The notes: generated by a model from the letters alone, not told the origin. 64,000 nucleotides of DNA from Promethearchaeota archaeon (GCA_016840165.1 JAEOSU010000032.1:74680-138679), one strand, 5' to 3'; positions 18,372 to 29,191 are shown, counted from the first letter of the stretch. A program made the numbers and translations.

Positions 18372-19631
18372 ATGCCAAGTTCAAAAGATTTTATTGATAT
18401 GGATCATGAGTATTGTGCTCATAATTATCATCCCATACCCGTTGTTATTAGTAAAGCTGAAGGGGTTTGGGTATATGATCCAGAAGGTAATAAATATTTA
18501 GACTGCTTATCAGCATACTCAAGTCAGAATACGGGACATTGTCATCCCGAAATTATTAATGCATTGAAAGAACAAGCTGATAAGGTCACACTTACATCTC
18601 GTGCATTTCATAATGATATGATGGGCCCGTTTTTGAAAAAGCTCTGTGATATTGTTGGACCACATGTTAATGATCCAAATAATTCAGGAATCATGAGTAT
18701 TCCAATGAATACGGGAACAGAAGCAGTAGAAACTGGATTAAAAGTCTGCCGTGCATGGGGATATATAAAGAAGAAAATTCCTAAAGACGAAGCAAAAATA
18801 ATCATCTGTAGAAATAACTTTCATGGAAGAACGATAACTATAGTAGGTTTTAGTACAGATATTTCTGCAGTACGCTATTATGGAAATTTTGGTCCTTATA
18901 CCCCTGGGTTCGTAATAATACCCTATGGAGATGCTGATATCTTAGAAAATACTATTTTAGAATTGGGTCCTGAAAAAGTTGCGGGATTCTTATTCGAGCC
19001 TATTCAAGGAGAGGCGGGAGTAAATGTTCCTCCAGAAGGATATGTAAAAAAAATCCGAGAAATTTGTACCAAATATAATGTCTTAATGTTAGCTGACGAG
19101 ATTCAAACTGGTTTTGGCAGAACTGGTGAGTTATTTGCTTGCGATCATGAAAATGTGAAACCTGATATGTTACTTTTAGGCAAAGCTCTTGGTGGAGGTG
19201 TTTATCCTGTCTCGGCAATTGTGACAACTAAAGATATTGTTGGACCAGACGTAATCAAACCTGGAACACACGGATCCACTTTTGGGGGAAACCCACTTGC
19301 ATCAGCAGTTGCTATGAAATCACTTGATATTCATATTGATGATCACCTTGCCGAAAGAGCGAAAAGAAGAGGGGGATACTTCATTGAAGGGCTTAGAAAG
19401 ATCGCATCGAAAAATACTATCCTCCCTATCAAAGAAATACGTGGTAAAGGATTATTAATGGCAATTGAATTTACAACAGATGCGAGGCATATTGTAGAGA
19501 TGTTGAAAGATAAAGGAATTTTAGCTAAGGATACCCATTCCACCACTATACGTTTTGCTCCACCTTTAATAATTACAAAAGAACAAGTGGATTGGGCTCT
19601 ACAAATTATTGAAGCAGTACTTGTAAAATAA
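18372..19631 (+). CDS. rocD: Ornithine--oxo-acid aminotransferase
   Basis: AHNYHPIPVV, LSAYS, MNTGTEAVET, FHGRT, EPIQGEAG, LGKALGGG, HGSTFGGNP. Confidence 0.92.
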   Translation: MPSSKDFIDMDHEYCAHNYHPIPVVISKAEGVWVYDPEGNKYLDCLSAYSSQNTGHCHPEIINALKEQADKVTLTSRAFHNDMMGPFLKKLCDIVGPHVNDPNNSGIMSIPMNTGTEAVETGLKVCRAWGYIKKKIPKDEAKIIICRNNFHGRTITIVGFSTDISAVRYYGNFGPYTPGFVIIPYGDADILENTILELGPEKVAGFLFEPIQGEAGVNVPPEGYVKKIREICTKYNVLMLADEIQTGFGRTGELFACDHENVKPDMLLLGKALGGGVYPVSAIVTTKDIVGPDVIKPGTHGSTFGGNPLASAVAMKSLDIHIDDHLAERAKRRGGYFIEGLRKIASKNTILPIKEIRGKGLLMAIEFTTDARHIVEMLKDKGILAKDTHSTTIRFAPPLIITKEQVDWALQIIEAVLVK

Positions 19632-19664
19632 TAAAACTTCAATTTTTATTATAAAAAAAAAAGG

Positions 19665-19685
19665 AAAAATCGATTACCGATTTTT
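19665..19685. terminator. Bidirectional hairpin/oligo-T terminator between convergent rocD and the acylase gene
   Basis: AAAAATCG-ATTAC-CGATTTTT, with an A-run upstream and a T-run downstream. Confidence 0.55.
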
Positions 19686-19703
19686 TTATTTTTAAGATCT
19701 AAA

Positions 19704-22235
19704 TTACATATAAAGATTTAATACTGATTCAGCAACTTTCATAACATCCCAATAATTGTAAAGCATGGGTTTGTATGTCCAAGTTTCATATAAAGCAAGT
19801 TGATCGTATGCATGGTTATATTCTCCTAAATAATTAAGAAATCCGCTTTGACCTGGTGGAATAACATTCACTGCATGAGGTAACGCGAAAAGGTTTCTCC
19901 AATCATAATAGTTCCATACAATCATTTCTGCTATTTGATTGTAAGTACCACGGTTCATATAATGCATTACCGGCCTAGGTAGGGCTCCAATTTGGTCAGG
20001 AATCCATTTAATGACAGGAGTAAGCCAGGTAGACATATCTGGCCCAAGATTTTCCGTTAAATTACCAATAGTCCATTTGAGCACTCGGCAAATGACCTCA
20101 TCTCGGTCTTCTCCATTAAGATAATCATAATTCAATGGTAACTTAGAAGCTGAGCCGTCAAAGACGTGAATTATCGTACTTGGCCACACTCTTGCATATT
20201 CTCGGTGTATAGGTCCAACTTCAGCATATGTCGGAAGATCATCTTCAAACACTTCTTCAAATATTCTATCGTACCAATCGTCAAAGATTGTTAAACCTGT
20301 GTCGTCATAAGTAGCATCGACAGCAGGCCACATAGGATCTATATAGTCATTATAATGGTGATCCCAAGCCTCCAAATAGTCAATTACTTCACTTGGAATA
20401 GTTGGATCTGTTTTAGCGGCATCCACTACGAAATCTAAGAGATTCATTCCGGGAATGTGATTATATCCGGCGTCTCTGACAATTCTATTCATATCTTCGA
20501 AAGTAATATCATTATCTGCAGCTAAAAGTTCCATTATTATTCCAACTCGATGACCTTGACCCCAACCAGCATCAGATTCTCCAAAAGGCCAATTTGTAAC
20601 AGGCTTATTATTCCAATTAGCAAGATAACCCTGTGAAGGATTGTAGCATTTTGGCATTTCTTTAACGCCAGTAACACCAAGCCACTCTTCTTCTCCAGTA
20701 CCCCATAATGGTAACCTGTCATCAATCATTCTACCATTCTTTCCAGTAGTAGGTTTTATTGGCCATTTACCTGAATGAAAATATGCAATATTTCCGTCCC
20801 TATCAATCCAATAGAAATTATGGGCAGCATGTACTTTTCCAGCTGCAACATACATGTCCCATGCATCTGTACTTTGTTGGAAAAGAGACCATCCTTCTTC
20901 AGCTGCAAGTTCATCCTTGTAATAAGGAGTTTTCATCGTAAAACAAAGATTGTTATCAAGATCCCATCCAATTATCGGGCCATGAATAGTTCGATAAATA
21001 TCTCTATCTTCATAGGTTAATTTTAAAGGACCATAAAATCTTTCTGTTCTTTTTTCCATGTCAACCCATTCACCATTATACCTATATTGATATTGATTAT
21101 CTGGATTGAGAACCTCTATGTAGGTATCCATGTTATCTGAGACTCCAGTAGTTGAGGTCCATGCGCCCCATTTACTTACACCAATTAGAATACTTGGAGC
21201 ATGAGGCATCATCATCCCAACAGCATCGATTCCTGCACCATGTAAACCAACTTCAAGAACAATCTGGGGGATAGATTGACCCATTTGTGGACCACCTTGT
21301 AGAAGAGGATTTCCATTTGTGGCTTTAAATGGACTTACCATAAACGCATTACTACCAAATTTAGTAGGTAAACCCAACGATTCAAACAAATGAGTCTGTC
21401 CCATCTTCATTTCTTCATACTCACTAGATACTGTTCCTAAGCTTGGAAGATCAGAGCCACAAACAAAATCCATCGAATAAGAACTAGAAAATTCAGGCCA
21501 ACTGTCGTATTCAGGAGGAATAGTCACTTCTGCTCCAGGATCATTCTGTGGGAAATGATCATTGAACATTGCCCATCCAAATTCATCTCCATACTTATCT
21601 TGTAAAGCTTCTAGGGCAGCAGCATATGAGAGTTCGTCACCCCCACAACCACCGAATCTCCAAGCCATCATTACCACTATTGCAACACAATCTTCAATCG
21701 TAAAAGGCTCAAGAGGTAGCCCAAATGCTAGATATTCGACTGGCATCATAGAGGGATCCCCTGAAGCAAGTTTCGTTAACGCTTGTGAGATGTAAAGATT
21801 TATACCATCAACATATGCAAGCATCATTTCTTTTAGTTTTGCACTGGCTCTATGAGGTACCCAATTATCAAAAATTTCCCTTAATTCTTCTTTACTATAC
21901 GCCATACTTCTAATATTATAATCAACATCTATGCTAGCAAGGCCAAATTCAGCAAGACTTCCATATCCTTGCCTGCGATATAAATCTGCTTGCCATAACC
22001 TATCCTGAGCCATCGCATACCCACATCCATAGGCTAAACCCTCTTTGGTTCCTGCGTAAATATGTGGAACACCATAATTATCTCGGACAATAGTGATTTT
22101 ATTACCGTAAAACCAAAAACTACTCTCAGCTTCATTATTACTAGAGTCAATACTAAATGGAATCGTTATAACTGCAGGGAGTGTGGTTATTAAAAATACT
22201 AGTGATATTAACACTACCAATAGTTTTTTCTTCAT
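19704..22235 (-). CDS. Secreted penicillin acylase family (S45) Ntn-hydrolase
   Basis: Signal peptide MKKKLLVVL..., IVRDNYGVPHI, AQDRLWQ, G|SNAF autocleavage Ser, NWNNKP, PPGQSG. Confidence 0.88.
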   Translation of the reverse strand: MKKKLLVVLISLVFLITTLPAVITIPFSIDSSNNEAESSFWFYGNKITIVRDNYGVPHIYAGTKEGLAYGCGYAMAQDRLWQADLYRRQGYGSLAEFGLASIDVDYNIRSMAYSKEELREIFDNWVPHRASAKLKEMMLAYVDGINLYISQALTKLASGDPSMMPVEYLAFGLPLEPFTIEDCVAIVVMMAWRFGGCGGDELSYAAALEALQDKYGDEFGWAMFNDHFPQNDPGAEVTIPPEYDSWPEFSSSYSMDFVCGSDLPSLGTVSSEYEEMKMGQTHLFESLGLPTKFGSNAFMVSPFKATNGNPLLQGGPQMGQSIPQIVLEVGLHGAGIDAVGMMMPHAPSILIGVSKWGAWTSTTGVSDNMDTYIEVLNPDNQYQYRYNGEWVDMEKRTERFYGPLKLTYEDRDIYRTIHGPIIGWDLDNNLCFTMKTPYYKDELAAEEGWSLFQQSTDAWDMYVAAGKVHAAHNFYWIDRDGNIAYFHSGKWPIKPTTGKNGRMIDDRLPLWGTGEEEWLGVTGVKEMPKCYNPSQGYLANWNNKPVTNWPFGESDAGWGQGHRVGIIMELLAADNDITFEDMNRIVRDAGYNHIPGMNLLDFVVDAAKTDPTIPSEVIDYLEAWDHHYNDYIDPMWPAVDATYDDTGLTIFDDWYDRIFEEVFEDDLPTYAEVGPIHREYARVWPSTIIHVFDGSASKLPLNYDYLNGEDRDEVICRVLKWTIGNLTENLGPDMSTWLTPVIKWIPDQIGALPRPVMHYMNRGTYNQIAEMIVWNYYDWRNLFALPHAVNVIPPGQSGFLNYLGEYNHAYDQLALYETWTYKPMLYNYWDVMKVAESVLNLYM

Positions 22236-22474
22236 TATTTTTCTCCATTTTTTTGTTACTTTTTTTAGTTAGATTTCATAAACAATTTTGTAAAACCAAT
22301 ATTTAAGTCTTATTATTATAGGTTTTGTGGAAAAAAAGGTGAAGTTTACTTAGGTTTTATCACACTAAATTAACTTTTTGATCATTTTCGTTAAAATTTT
22401 ACTTCAAAAAATAAAAAAAATAAAAAAAAAATTAAGTCGCTTTCTTGATCTCAAATTTACATTCAAAATATATT

Positions 22475-23386
22475 CTATTTAACATAGAAGTGGGTTCCTG
22501 CTTTCTCTTCTAAAGCATCCTTAATTTTTTCAATAGAAGTTATAATAGCTCTTTTCCCTCCCTTTTCTAAGAAGTTAATTACAGCTTCCACTTTAGGTCC
22601 CATACTTCCTGGTGGGAAATGTCCTTCATTTAAATATTTTTTAGCTTCAGATATAGAAACTCTTTCTAAAAATCTCTGATTTGGCTTTCCATAATGAAGT
22701 GCAACCTTTTCTACATCTGTTGCGATTAATAAAATATCTGCTCCAACTTGCTCCCCTAACTTTGAACTCGCAAGATCTTTATCAATAACTGCTTCTACAC
22801 CAGATAAGCGTTTTCCTTCTTTTATAACTGGTATACCCCCTCCACCACAAGCAATAACAATCCATCCTCCTAGCTCCATCAACCGCTTTATTTCTCGCCA
22901 TTGATAAATTTTTTTTGGTTTTGGAGAGGGAACAACTCTACGCCATCCTTTCGCTGTTTGAACATATCCTGGTTTAGGCTCATCATATGCAGGTCCTATA
23001 GGTTTTGTTGGATTATGGAACGCGGGATCTTGAGGATCAACTTTCACATAGGTGAGAACAGTAATAAAAAGTCTTTCTTCATCTAATCCTATTCTCATTA
23101 ACTCTTCATCTAGCGTTGACTCAATCATGTATCCAATTTGACCTTGAGTTTCTGCAACCAAAACTTGTAATGGTCTTTTAGAAACCTCAGAAGTAGCCTC
23201 TTGTTGCATTAAAAGCATCCCAACTTGAGGCCCATTCCCATGTGTAATAATAAGTGAGAAATCTTTAGAAAGCTCCGCTAATTGACTAATTGGGACTCTT
23301 AGATTCCTGAATTGCTCTTCTGTAGTACCTTCTTCTCCAAATCTAATTAATGCATTTCCACCTAGCGCAACAATTAAGATCGTCAT
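22475..23386 (-). CDS. arcC: Carbamate kinase
   Basis: VALGGNAL, THGNGPQVG, PTKPIG, WRRVVPSP, GGGGIPV, AVIDKD, GSMGPK. Confidence 0.95.
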   Translation of the reverse strand: MTILIVALGGNALIRFGEEGTTEEQFRNLRVPISQLAELSKDFSLIITHGNGPQVGMLLMQQEATSEVSKRPLQVLVAETQGQIGYMIESTLDEELMRIGLDEERLFITVLTYVKVDPQDPAFHNPTKPIGPAYDEPKPGYVQTAKGWRRVVPSPKPKKIYQWREIKRLMELGGWIVIACGGGGIPVIKEGKRLSGVEAVIDKDLASSKLGEQVGADILLIATDVEKVALHYGKPNQRFLERVSISEAKKYLNEGHFPPGSMGPKVEAVINFLEKGGKRAIITSIEKIKDALEEKAGTHFYVK

Positions 23387-23509
23387 TCAATTAGTCCTTT
23401 ATGTTTCAAAATGATTATGCGTTAAAATAAAAAATAATAATATTTTACTTATTATTTAAAATTTTTCTCTAAACTCAATTCTTTTTGCTTAATCAGTATA
23501 ATTTTGCTA

Positions 23510-25012
23510 CTATTTTGTGGTTGGTTCTTTTACTACCAAGCTAGAAGCAATATTTTTAAAATTTTCGGCTATTTCTTCATAATCAGCATCATATTCAAAC
23601 CACCAGAGGTCCTTTTCCTTATATTGATCGATATTGATATGTAATGGGCGTGTCGCTTCAATAAATCCAAATTTACCATGAGTTCTACCAATACCCGAAT
23701 TTTTAACTCCGCCCCAAGGAGTTGCAGCAAGCGCAAAGGTATATACAACCTCATTTATCATTACTGTACCCGTTTCTAATTCTTTAGCAATTTTTTTACC
23801 AAATTCAATATTATTTGTCCACACACTTGACACTAATCCATATTGATTATCATTTACCATTTCAATGACATTATCTTTGCTTTTAAATTTTAGAACAACA
23901 AGTACAGGACCAAAAATTTCTTCTTGAACAATGTGCATATTGGTGTCCTGTGCTTCTATTATCGTTGGCTCGTAAAAATATCCCTTCAAATTAGGATTTC
24001 TTCTCCCCCCGATTAAAACCTTGCCTCCTTCTTTAATTCCTACTTGAACCATTTTATCTACCCAGTTTAGTTGTTCTTCATTGATCATCGCACCTACATC
24101 TACGTTAGACTTTGTCGGGATATCTTGCTTTAATTTGCTAGTTAAATTTACGAGATTTTCAAGAAAATCATCGTAGATATCCTCATGAAGAAAGAGTCTC
24201 TTAACCGCAGCACATACTTGTCCGGAGTTCGTAAAAGCGCCCCAACGAGCAGCTAATACAGTGCGCTCAAGATTTGCATCGGGAAATACAACCATCGCTG
24301 CCTTTCCTCCGAGTTCAAGAGCAACCTCAGTAAGCGTATCCGCTCCTCGTTGCATTATTTTTTTTCCAGTTGCGGTGCTTCCAGTAAATATAATTTTATC
24401 TGCATTATCTATTAAAGGATTACCAATCTTTGAACCATTTCCATATACAGTTTGTACTAATCCTTTTGGTAAATCAATCGCATTAAATATTTCTTGGATT
24501 TTTTCACCTACAAGCGCGGTTTCTGATGAAGGTTTAAATACGACACTATTCCCTGCCATCAGACTCTGAACTATCTGTTGGAAAGGTATTGTAAAAGGAT
24601 AATTATAAGGTCCAATCACACATATTACTCCAATTGGTTTCCTTAAAATAAGGCTTCGTTTATCTAACGATTCATAGAATCCTAAAGAAATTTCCTCCTC
24701 TGATCCTAAGAAGTCAACTACATTAGTATAATAGTAAAATGTGGAATCTACCACACCATAAACTTCATTAACGAATGCTTCTGAGGGAGGCTTGCCTACC
24801 TCTTTAGAAATCAATAACGCAATTTCATCAAATTGTTTAGAAATTACTTCATTAACCTTCACTACGCGTTTTGCCCTTTCTTCCAGTGGAACTTTCGCCC
24901 AATTCTTTTGAGCCACTCGAGCATCTTTAAAAATCTGATCCAGCTTTTCTATTGGAGTTTCTTCCACTTCTCCGATTAACTCAAGAGTTGCTGGATTTAT
25001 ACTTTTAATCAT
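23510..25012 (-). CDS. NAD(P)-dependent aldehyde dehydrogenase
   Basis: PYNYP, FKPSS, FTGSTATG, LELGGK, NSGQVC (catalytic Cys), EEIFGP. Confidence 0.9.
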   Translation of the reverse strand: MIKSINPATLELIGEVEETPIEKLDQIFKDARVAQKNWAKVPLEERAKRVVKVNEVISKQFDEIALLISKEVGKPPSEAFVNEVYGVVDSTFYYYTNVVDFLGSEEEISLGFYESLDKRSLILRKPIGVICVIGPYNYPFTIPFQQIVQSLMAGNSVVFKPSSETALVGEKIQEIFNAIDLPKGLVQTVYGNGSKIGNPLIDNADKIIFTGSTATGKKIMQRGADTLTEVALELGGKAAMVVFPDANLERTVLAARWGAFTNSGQVCAAVKRLFLHEDIYDDFLENLVNLTSKLKQDIPTKSNVDVGAMINEEQLNWVDKMVQVGIKEGGKVLIGGRRNPNLKGYFYEPTIIEAQDTNMHIVQEEIFGPVLVVLKFKSKDNVIEMVNDNQYGLVSSVWTNNIEFGKKIAKELETGTVMINEVVYTFALAATPWGGVKNSGIGRTHGKFGFIEATRPLHINIDQYKEKDLWWFEYDADYEEIAENFKNIASSLVVKEPTTK

Positions 25013-25135
25013 TATAATTTAAACACGACTAAAATGTTATTTAAACATTTTTTACATGTTTTATAATTGGGTTTTAACTTAGATGAGATAACCCTTAAGT
25101 TTATGATTAAAAAAATTATAATTAATAAGTAGAAT

Positions 25136-26068
25136 TCAAAACTTTCCCCGTAAAAACAACATGATTGCTTTTTGGATGTGTAAACGGTTTTCCGCTTGGT
25201 CAAAGACTATTGATTGGGGTCCATCAATTACTTCTGCTGTTTGTTCAAACCCTCGCATTGCGGGTAAACAGTTCATGAAAATTGCATCCGTGTTTGCTGC
25301 CTCCATAACTGAGGAAGTAACTTGATATGGCATAAATGCTTTTTTCCGCGCGTCTTCTTGTTCCTTGGGAATGCCATAGCTCATCCAACTGTCTGTATAT
25401 ATAATATCCGCTCCCTTTGCAGCATCTAGTGTATCATGTATAACTTCTACTTCAGCATCGGTTTTTTTTGATAGCTCTGCAACCTCACTTAGCACTTCTA
25501 GTTCTGGCGTATATTCTGGAGCCTCAGGGCAAGCTACATATATTTTCCACCCAAATAAGGCGCACATTCGCATTAAATCATAAGTGACATTATTATGAGC
25601 ATCACCGAAATATGCCAATTTTTTTCGTTCGAGATTTCCTTTCTTTTCCTTAATCGTTTGGAAATCTCCTAAAATTTGACAGGGATGGGCGTAATCATCT
25701 AGCATATTAATTACTGGTACACTTGAATATTTGGCAAGATCCCAAATATCTTGCCGCTTATATACCCGAGCTGCAATAATATTTACGAACCGTGAAGCAA
25801 CTTTTGCGGTGTCTGAAATATTCTCTTTTACTCCTAAAGGTGAATCTTTAATTGAGTAAAAGATGGCATGACCTCCTAATTGTTGCATACCTGTTTCAAA
25901 TGAAATGCGTGTTCGAAGGGAAGGCTTTTCAAAAAGCATAAGAAGGGTTTCATGCTTAAGTGATTTATAATATTTCCCTGGATATTTTTTTATCTCCATT
26001 GCTTTGTTTATAATAAGTTCGCATTCCGCTCTTGAAAGATCTGAAATCTTATGTAAATGTCTAACCAT
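25136..26068 (-). CDS. arcB: Ornithine carbamoyltransferase (catabolic context)
   Basis: KPSLRTR, HPCQ, TDSWMSYG, FMNCLP, QAENR. Confidence 0.9.
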   Translation of the reverse strand: MVRHLHKISDLSRAECELIINKAMEIKKYPGKYYKSLKHETLLMLFEKPSLRTRISFETGMQQLGGHAIFYSIKDSPLGVKENISDTAKVASRFVNIIAARVYKRQDIWDLAKYSSVPVINMLDDYAHPCQILGDFQTIKEKKGNLERKKLAYFGDAHNNVTYDLMRMCALFGWKIYVACPEAPEYTPELEVLSEVAELSKKTDAEVEVIHDTLDAAKGADIIYTDSWMSYGIPKEQEDARKKAFMPYQVTSSVMEAANTDAIFMNCLPAMRGFEQTAEVIDGPQSIVFDQAENRLHIQKAIMLFLRGKF

Positions 26069-26176
26069 ATTTTATCAATTTTTTATTATTTCTAATTACT
26101 ATAAAATAGAAGATCCCTTAAAATTTACTCTGAAACTTCTAGTTTAGGTCATATAATATACAAAAGAAAGTTTCTA

Positions 26177-27931
26177 TTATGACTTATTTGGATTCATATT
26201 TGATTTTTCATAATCTTCTAATTTTTCATTCTTAAGCTGCCTTAAACTATCGAAGTCATAGGTTTCCTCGAAAAATAAATCAAACGGATCTTTAATATCT
26301 TCTAGTATTGGCTTAGAATAAAAATTTTCATACAAAAACGAGCCTTTATCAGTTATATCTATATTGTCTTCTCTGTCTAGTGTTAAAATTCCATTAGCAA
26401 TCATATCTTGGACAACAGCGCTGATCCCACGCTCTTTATAAATATAAAGACCAAAATAAGAAAAGCTTGTATAAACTTCTTCGCTTTTCCTTAAAGAATC
26501 CTGAAACCTTTCGTTTAATTCATTTACAGTAATTTTTGTTGTTAAATTATCATAATAAACTAATAAGATCCATTTAATTATGTATTCTTTAATATTTTCT
26601 TCATATGACATTTGAAACTTTTCAAATTCAAGTTCTTCACCTTGTCCTTTTATAAATTCAACGAATATTTCAATCACTTCTCTGAATATGAAGTAACTGA
26701 TGATTATTGCAATGATTGGGTCAAAATAATACATAAATGGTATTCCCTGGGATCTACCAAATTCAGAGAGTAATGCTCCCAATATTATACCTATAGAAAG
26801 CAAAATATTAACCCTAGAATCAATTGCACTAGCAACTAACGAAGAATTTCTATTCTTTTTTCCAACGAAATTTTTCAACACCCGTAAATAAGTGTTCAAA
26901 AATATAGATACAATGGAAATGATTATTGCTATATATGGGACTTCAATCGGTTCGGGCCCAGTGATTAATGAAATTATTGACTCATAAATGATTGATGAAC
27001 CCGCAAAAATCATTAATAATATTAGAAGAATATTCACAAGCTTTTCTTTTTTAAATCGAATTCCCAAACCTATTAATATTACGGCTAAACAATCGAGGAA
27101 GTTCTCGATCCCTTCTGCTCTTAGTGATTCTGAACTAAATGTACCAATTGATATCTTGAGTATACTAAGTAGAAATAATCCAATGAAAGATCTGATTAAA
27201 ACTCCCTTGCTATTTAAAACTGCGAGATATTTCTTAATTTGAGAATTTAGAGTATCTTTCCATAATTTATATTGCTCTCTACCCTCCTTGCTTAAGTTGA
27301 CTATAAATTTTTCATCTATATCCGCCATTCTAATACCACATAATTGATATATTGAAGATGCGGAAGTTTCTTCATTAAAATAGATTTCTGGTATGAAAAC
27401 ATTAGTAATTCCCCTAATTCGATTTTTTAAACGGATGAATTTCATATTCCCCTCTTTATATAAGTAATGTAAAGCGGCATATTCAACTCTATTAATAGGA
27501 AATAAACTTGATTTTCTTCTATGAAAAGAGACTGCGATGATTCTAATCAAGTGATTAATTGATATAAGCGTGAGAACTATAATTCCTAATAAAAAAATAA
27601 AATTAGTTATAGGACCAAAACCAATATAACTATTGTATCTTAGGTAATAAAAAAGGAAATAAATTTGTACATAGAGAAAGATTATTCCAAATAATATCCA
27701 AGGAATTAATAAATTTCTAACAACTTTCTTAATGTGGAATTGCTTGAAAAAATTATTAATTGCTCTTCTTAAAAACGGGGCAATGAAAAAAACACCAACA
27801 TAAGTAAATATAAAGCTAAACTGAAATGTACCAGTCAGTATTATTTCTATGATCGATGAAATTAAAGAAATTAAAAAATAAGAAACTAATACTATTTTAT
27901 AGTTAAATTTCCATACCCTATTGAGTTTCAT
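26177..27931 (-). CDS. CDF (cation efflux)-like transporter with an extra N-terminal membrane domain and two winged-helix-like domains
   Basis: SESLRAEGIENFLD, SSLVASAIDSRVN, YFDPIIAIIIS. wHTH-like segments end in VNLSKEG and IDITDKG. Confidence 0.7.
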   Translation of the reverse strand: MKLNRVWKFNYKIVLVSYFLISLISSIIEIILTGTFQFSFIFTYVGVFFIAPFLRRAINNFFKQFHIKKVVRNLLIPWILFGIIFLYVQIYFLFYYLRYNSYIGFGPITNFIFLLGIIVLTLISINHLIRIIAVSFHRRKSSLFPINRVEYAALHYLYKEGNMKFIRLKNRIRGITNVFIPEIYFNEETSASSIYQLCGIRMADIDEKFIVNLSKEGREQYKLWKDTLNSQIKKYLAVLNSKGVLIRSFIGLFLLSILKISIGTFSSESLRAEGIENFLDCLAVILIGLGIRFKKEKLVNILLILLMIFAGSSIIYESIISLITGPEPIEVPYIAIIISIVSIFLNTYLRVLKNFVGKKNRNSSLVASAIDSRVNILLSIGIILGALLSEFGRSQGIPFMYYFDPIIAIIISYFIFREVIEIFVEFIKGQGEELEFEKFQMSYEENIKEYIIKWILLVYYDNLTTKITVNELNERFQDSLRKSEEVYTSFSYFGLYIYKERGISAVVQDMIANGILTLDREDNIDITDKGSFLYENFYSKPILEDIKDPFDLFFEETYDFDSLRQLKNEKLEDYEKSNMNPNKS

Positions 27932-28025
27932 AAGTCATTCATTATTTTGGATTTGCTAATTAAAAATTAATTAAGAGATTCTTAAAAATTATTTCAAATA
28001 CTTTAAAATTGTAAACTTTTGCTGT

Positions 28026-29189
28026 TTACTTCAAAACTTCCTCTCGAGAATAATCTCGATTAAATGAAAGATCTTCTAAAATCTCTTTATCTTGAGTTCT
28101 TAATTTTTCCCTTACAAGACGACTAAGCAACTCTCCCACTGCTGGACCAAGCATGAAACCCTGACCACACATCCCGACTGCGAGAAGAAAGCCTTTTATA
28201 TTATCTATTTCACCAAGAATAGGATTTCCATCAGGAGTCATTGGGTATAATCCTCTCCACGTCCTTCTTACTTTTATATTTTTTAATCGTGGAATCAAGT
28301 TGATCATTCTCTTAGTTATTTGTGGTAAGAATGAACTAGTTTCTCTTCTGTCTACTCCTATAATACTAGGTTCAGGGGTAAGACAGAAAATGATTTTTCC
28401 TTCATTGTTTTGATAAAAGTAGTAGTTTTTAGAATTTCCAAATTTAGGATCTTGTGCCGGGCGTATATCTACTATCATTGGATTAAAAAATTTTTTAACT
28501 GGTTCTGTTATTCCAGCTTCATGAGATTCTGATTGCACATCAACATCTAAATCAACCATTTTTGCTATTGACCTAGCATTTGCACCTGCAGCGTTAATAA
28601 CAAATCGACTACTATAGGTTGCTTTATTTGTTTTTACTCCAACTATCTGATTATTTTTTGTTAGGATATCAATTACGGTCTCATTAAATTTATACTCTGC
28701 CCCATGTTCCCTCGATTTGCGATAAAAGGCGTGTAAAGCTAACAATGGAGAGGCATTTCCATCTTCAGGACTATAGGTTCCGCCCAGTAATCCATTAGAA
28801 TTTATACCAGGAATAATTTCTTCGATCTTTTCTGAATTTACATAATTGATGTTTAAACCATAAGTTTTTTGAGCTTGGACAGTCCTTTTTAGTACATCTT
28901 CATCTTTTTTTGTATATACGACGAAACAATAGCCTCCTTGGCTCCACCAGATATCATCACCATGTTTTTCTTGCCAACTTGAAAAGATTTTTATAGAACG
29001 TTGACATATTTTAATTTTAGCTTTATGAGTATGTGTTGCCCGAATGCCGCCAATTGCATGTTTATTATCACCTTGCGATACAGAAGGAAAGGAATCAATC
29101 ACTAATGTCTTTAATTCTCCTTGTGAGAGCGCTAAGGCAGTGGGTACACCTACACTACCTGCACCGATAATAATTGCGTCATACTCCAC
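28026..29189 (-). CDS. FAD-dependent amino-acid dehydrogenase (sarcosine oxidase beta / dye-linked proline dehydrogenase beta-like)
   Basis: IIGAGSVG, INAAG, RTWRGLYPMTPDGNPILG, GMCGQGFMLGP. Confidence 0.85.
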   Translation of the reverse strand: MEYDAIIIGAGSVGVPTALALSQGELKTLVIDSFPSVSQGDNKHAIGGIRATHTHKAKIKICQRSIKIFSSWQEKHGDDIWWSQGGYCFVVYTKKDEDVLKRTVQAQKTYGLNINYVNSEKIEEIIPGINSNGLLGGTYSPEDGNASPLLALHAFYRKSREHGAEYKFNETVIDILTKNNQIVGVKTNKATYSSRFVINAAGANARSIAKMVDLDVDVQSESHEAGITEPVKKFFNPMIVDIRPAQDPKFGNSKNYYFYQNNEGKIIFCLTPEPSIIGVDRRETSSFLPQITKRMINLIPRLKNIKVRRTWRGLYPMTPDGNPILGEIDNIKGFLLAVGMCGQGFMLGPAVGELLSRLVREKLRTQDKEILEDLSFNRDYSREEVLK

Positions 29190-29191
29190 TC

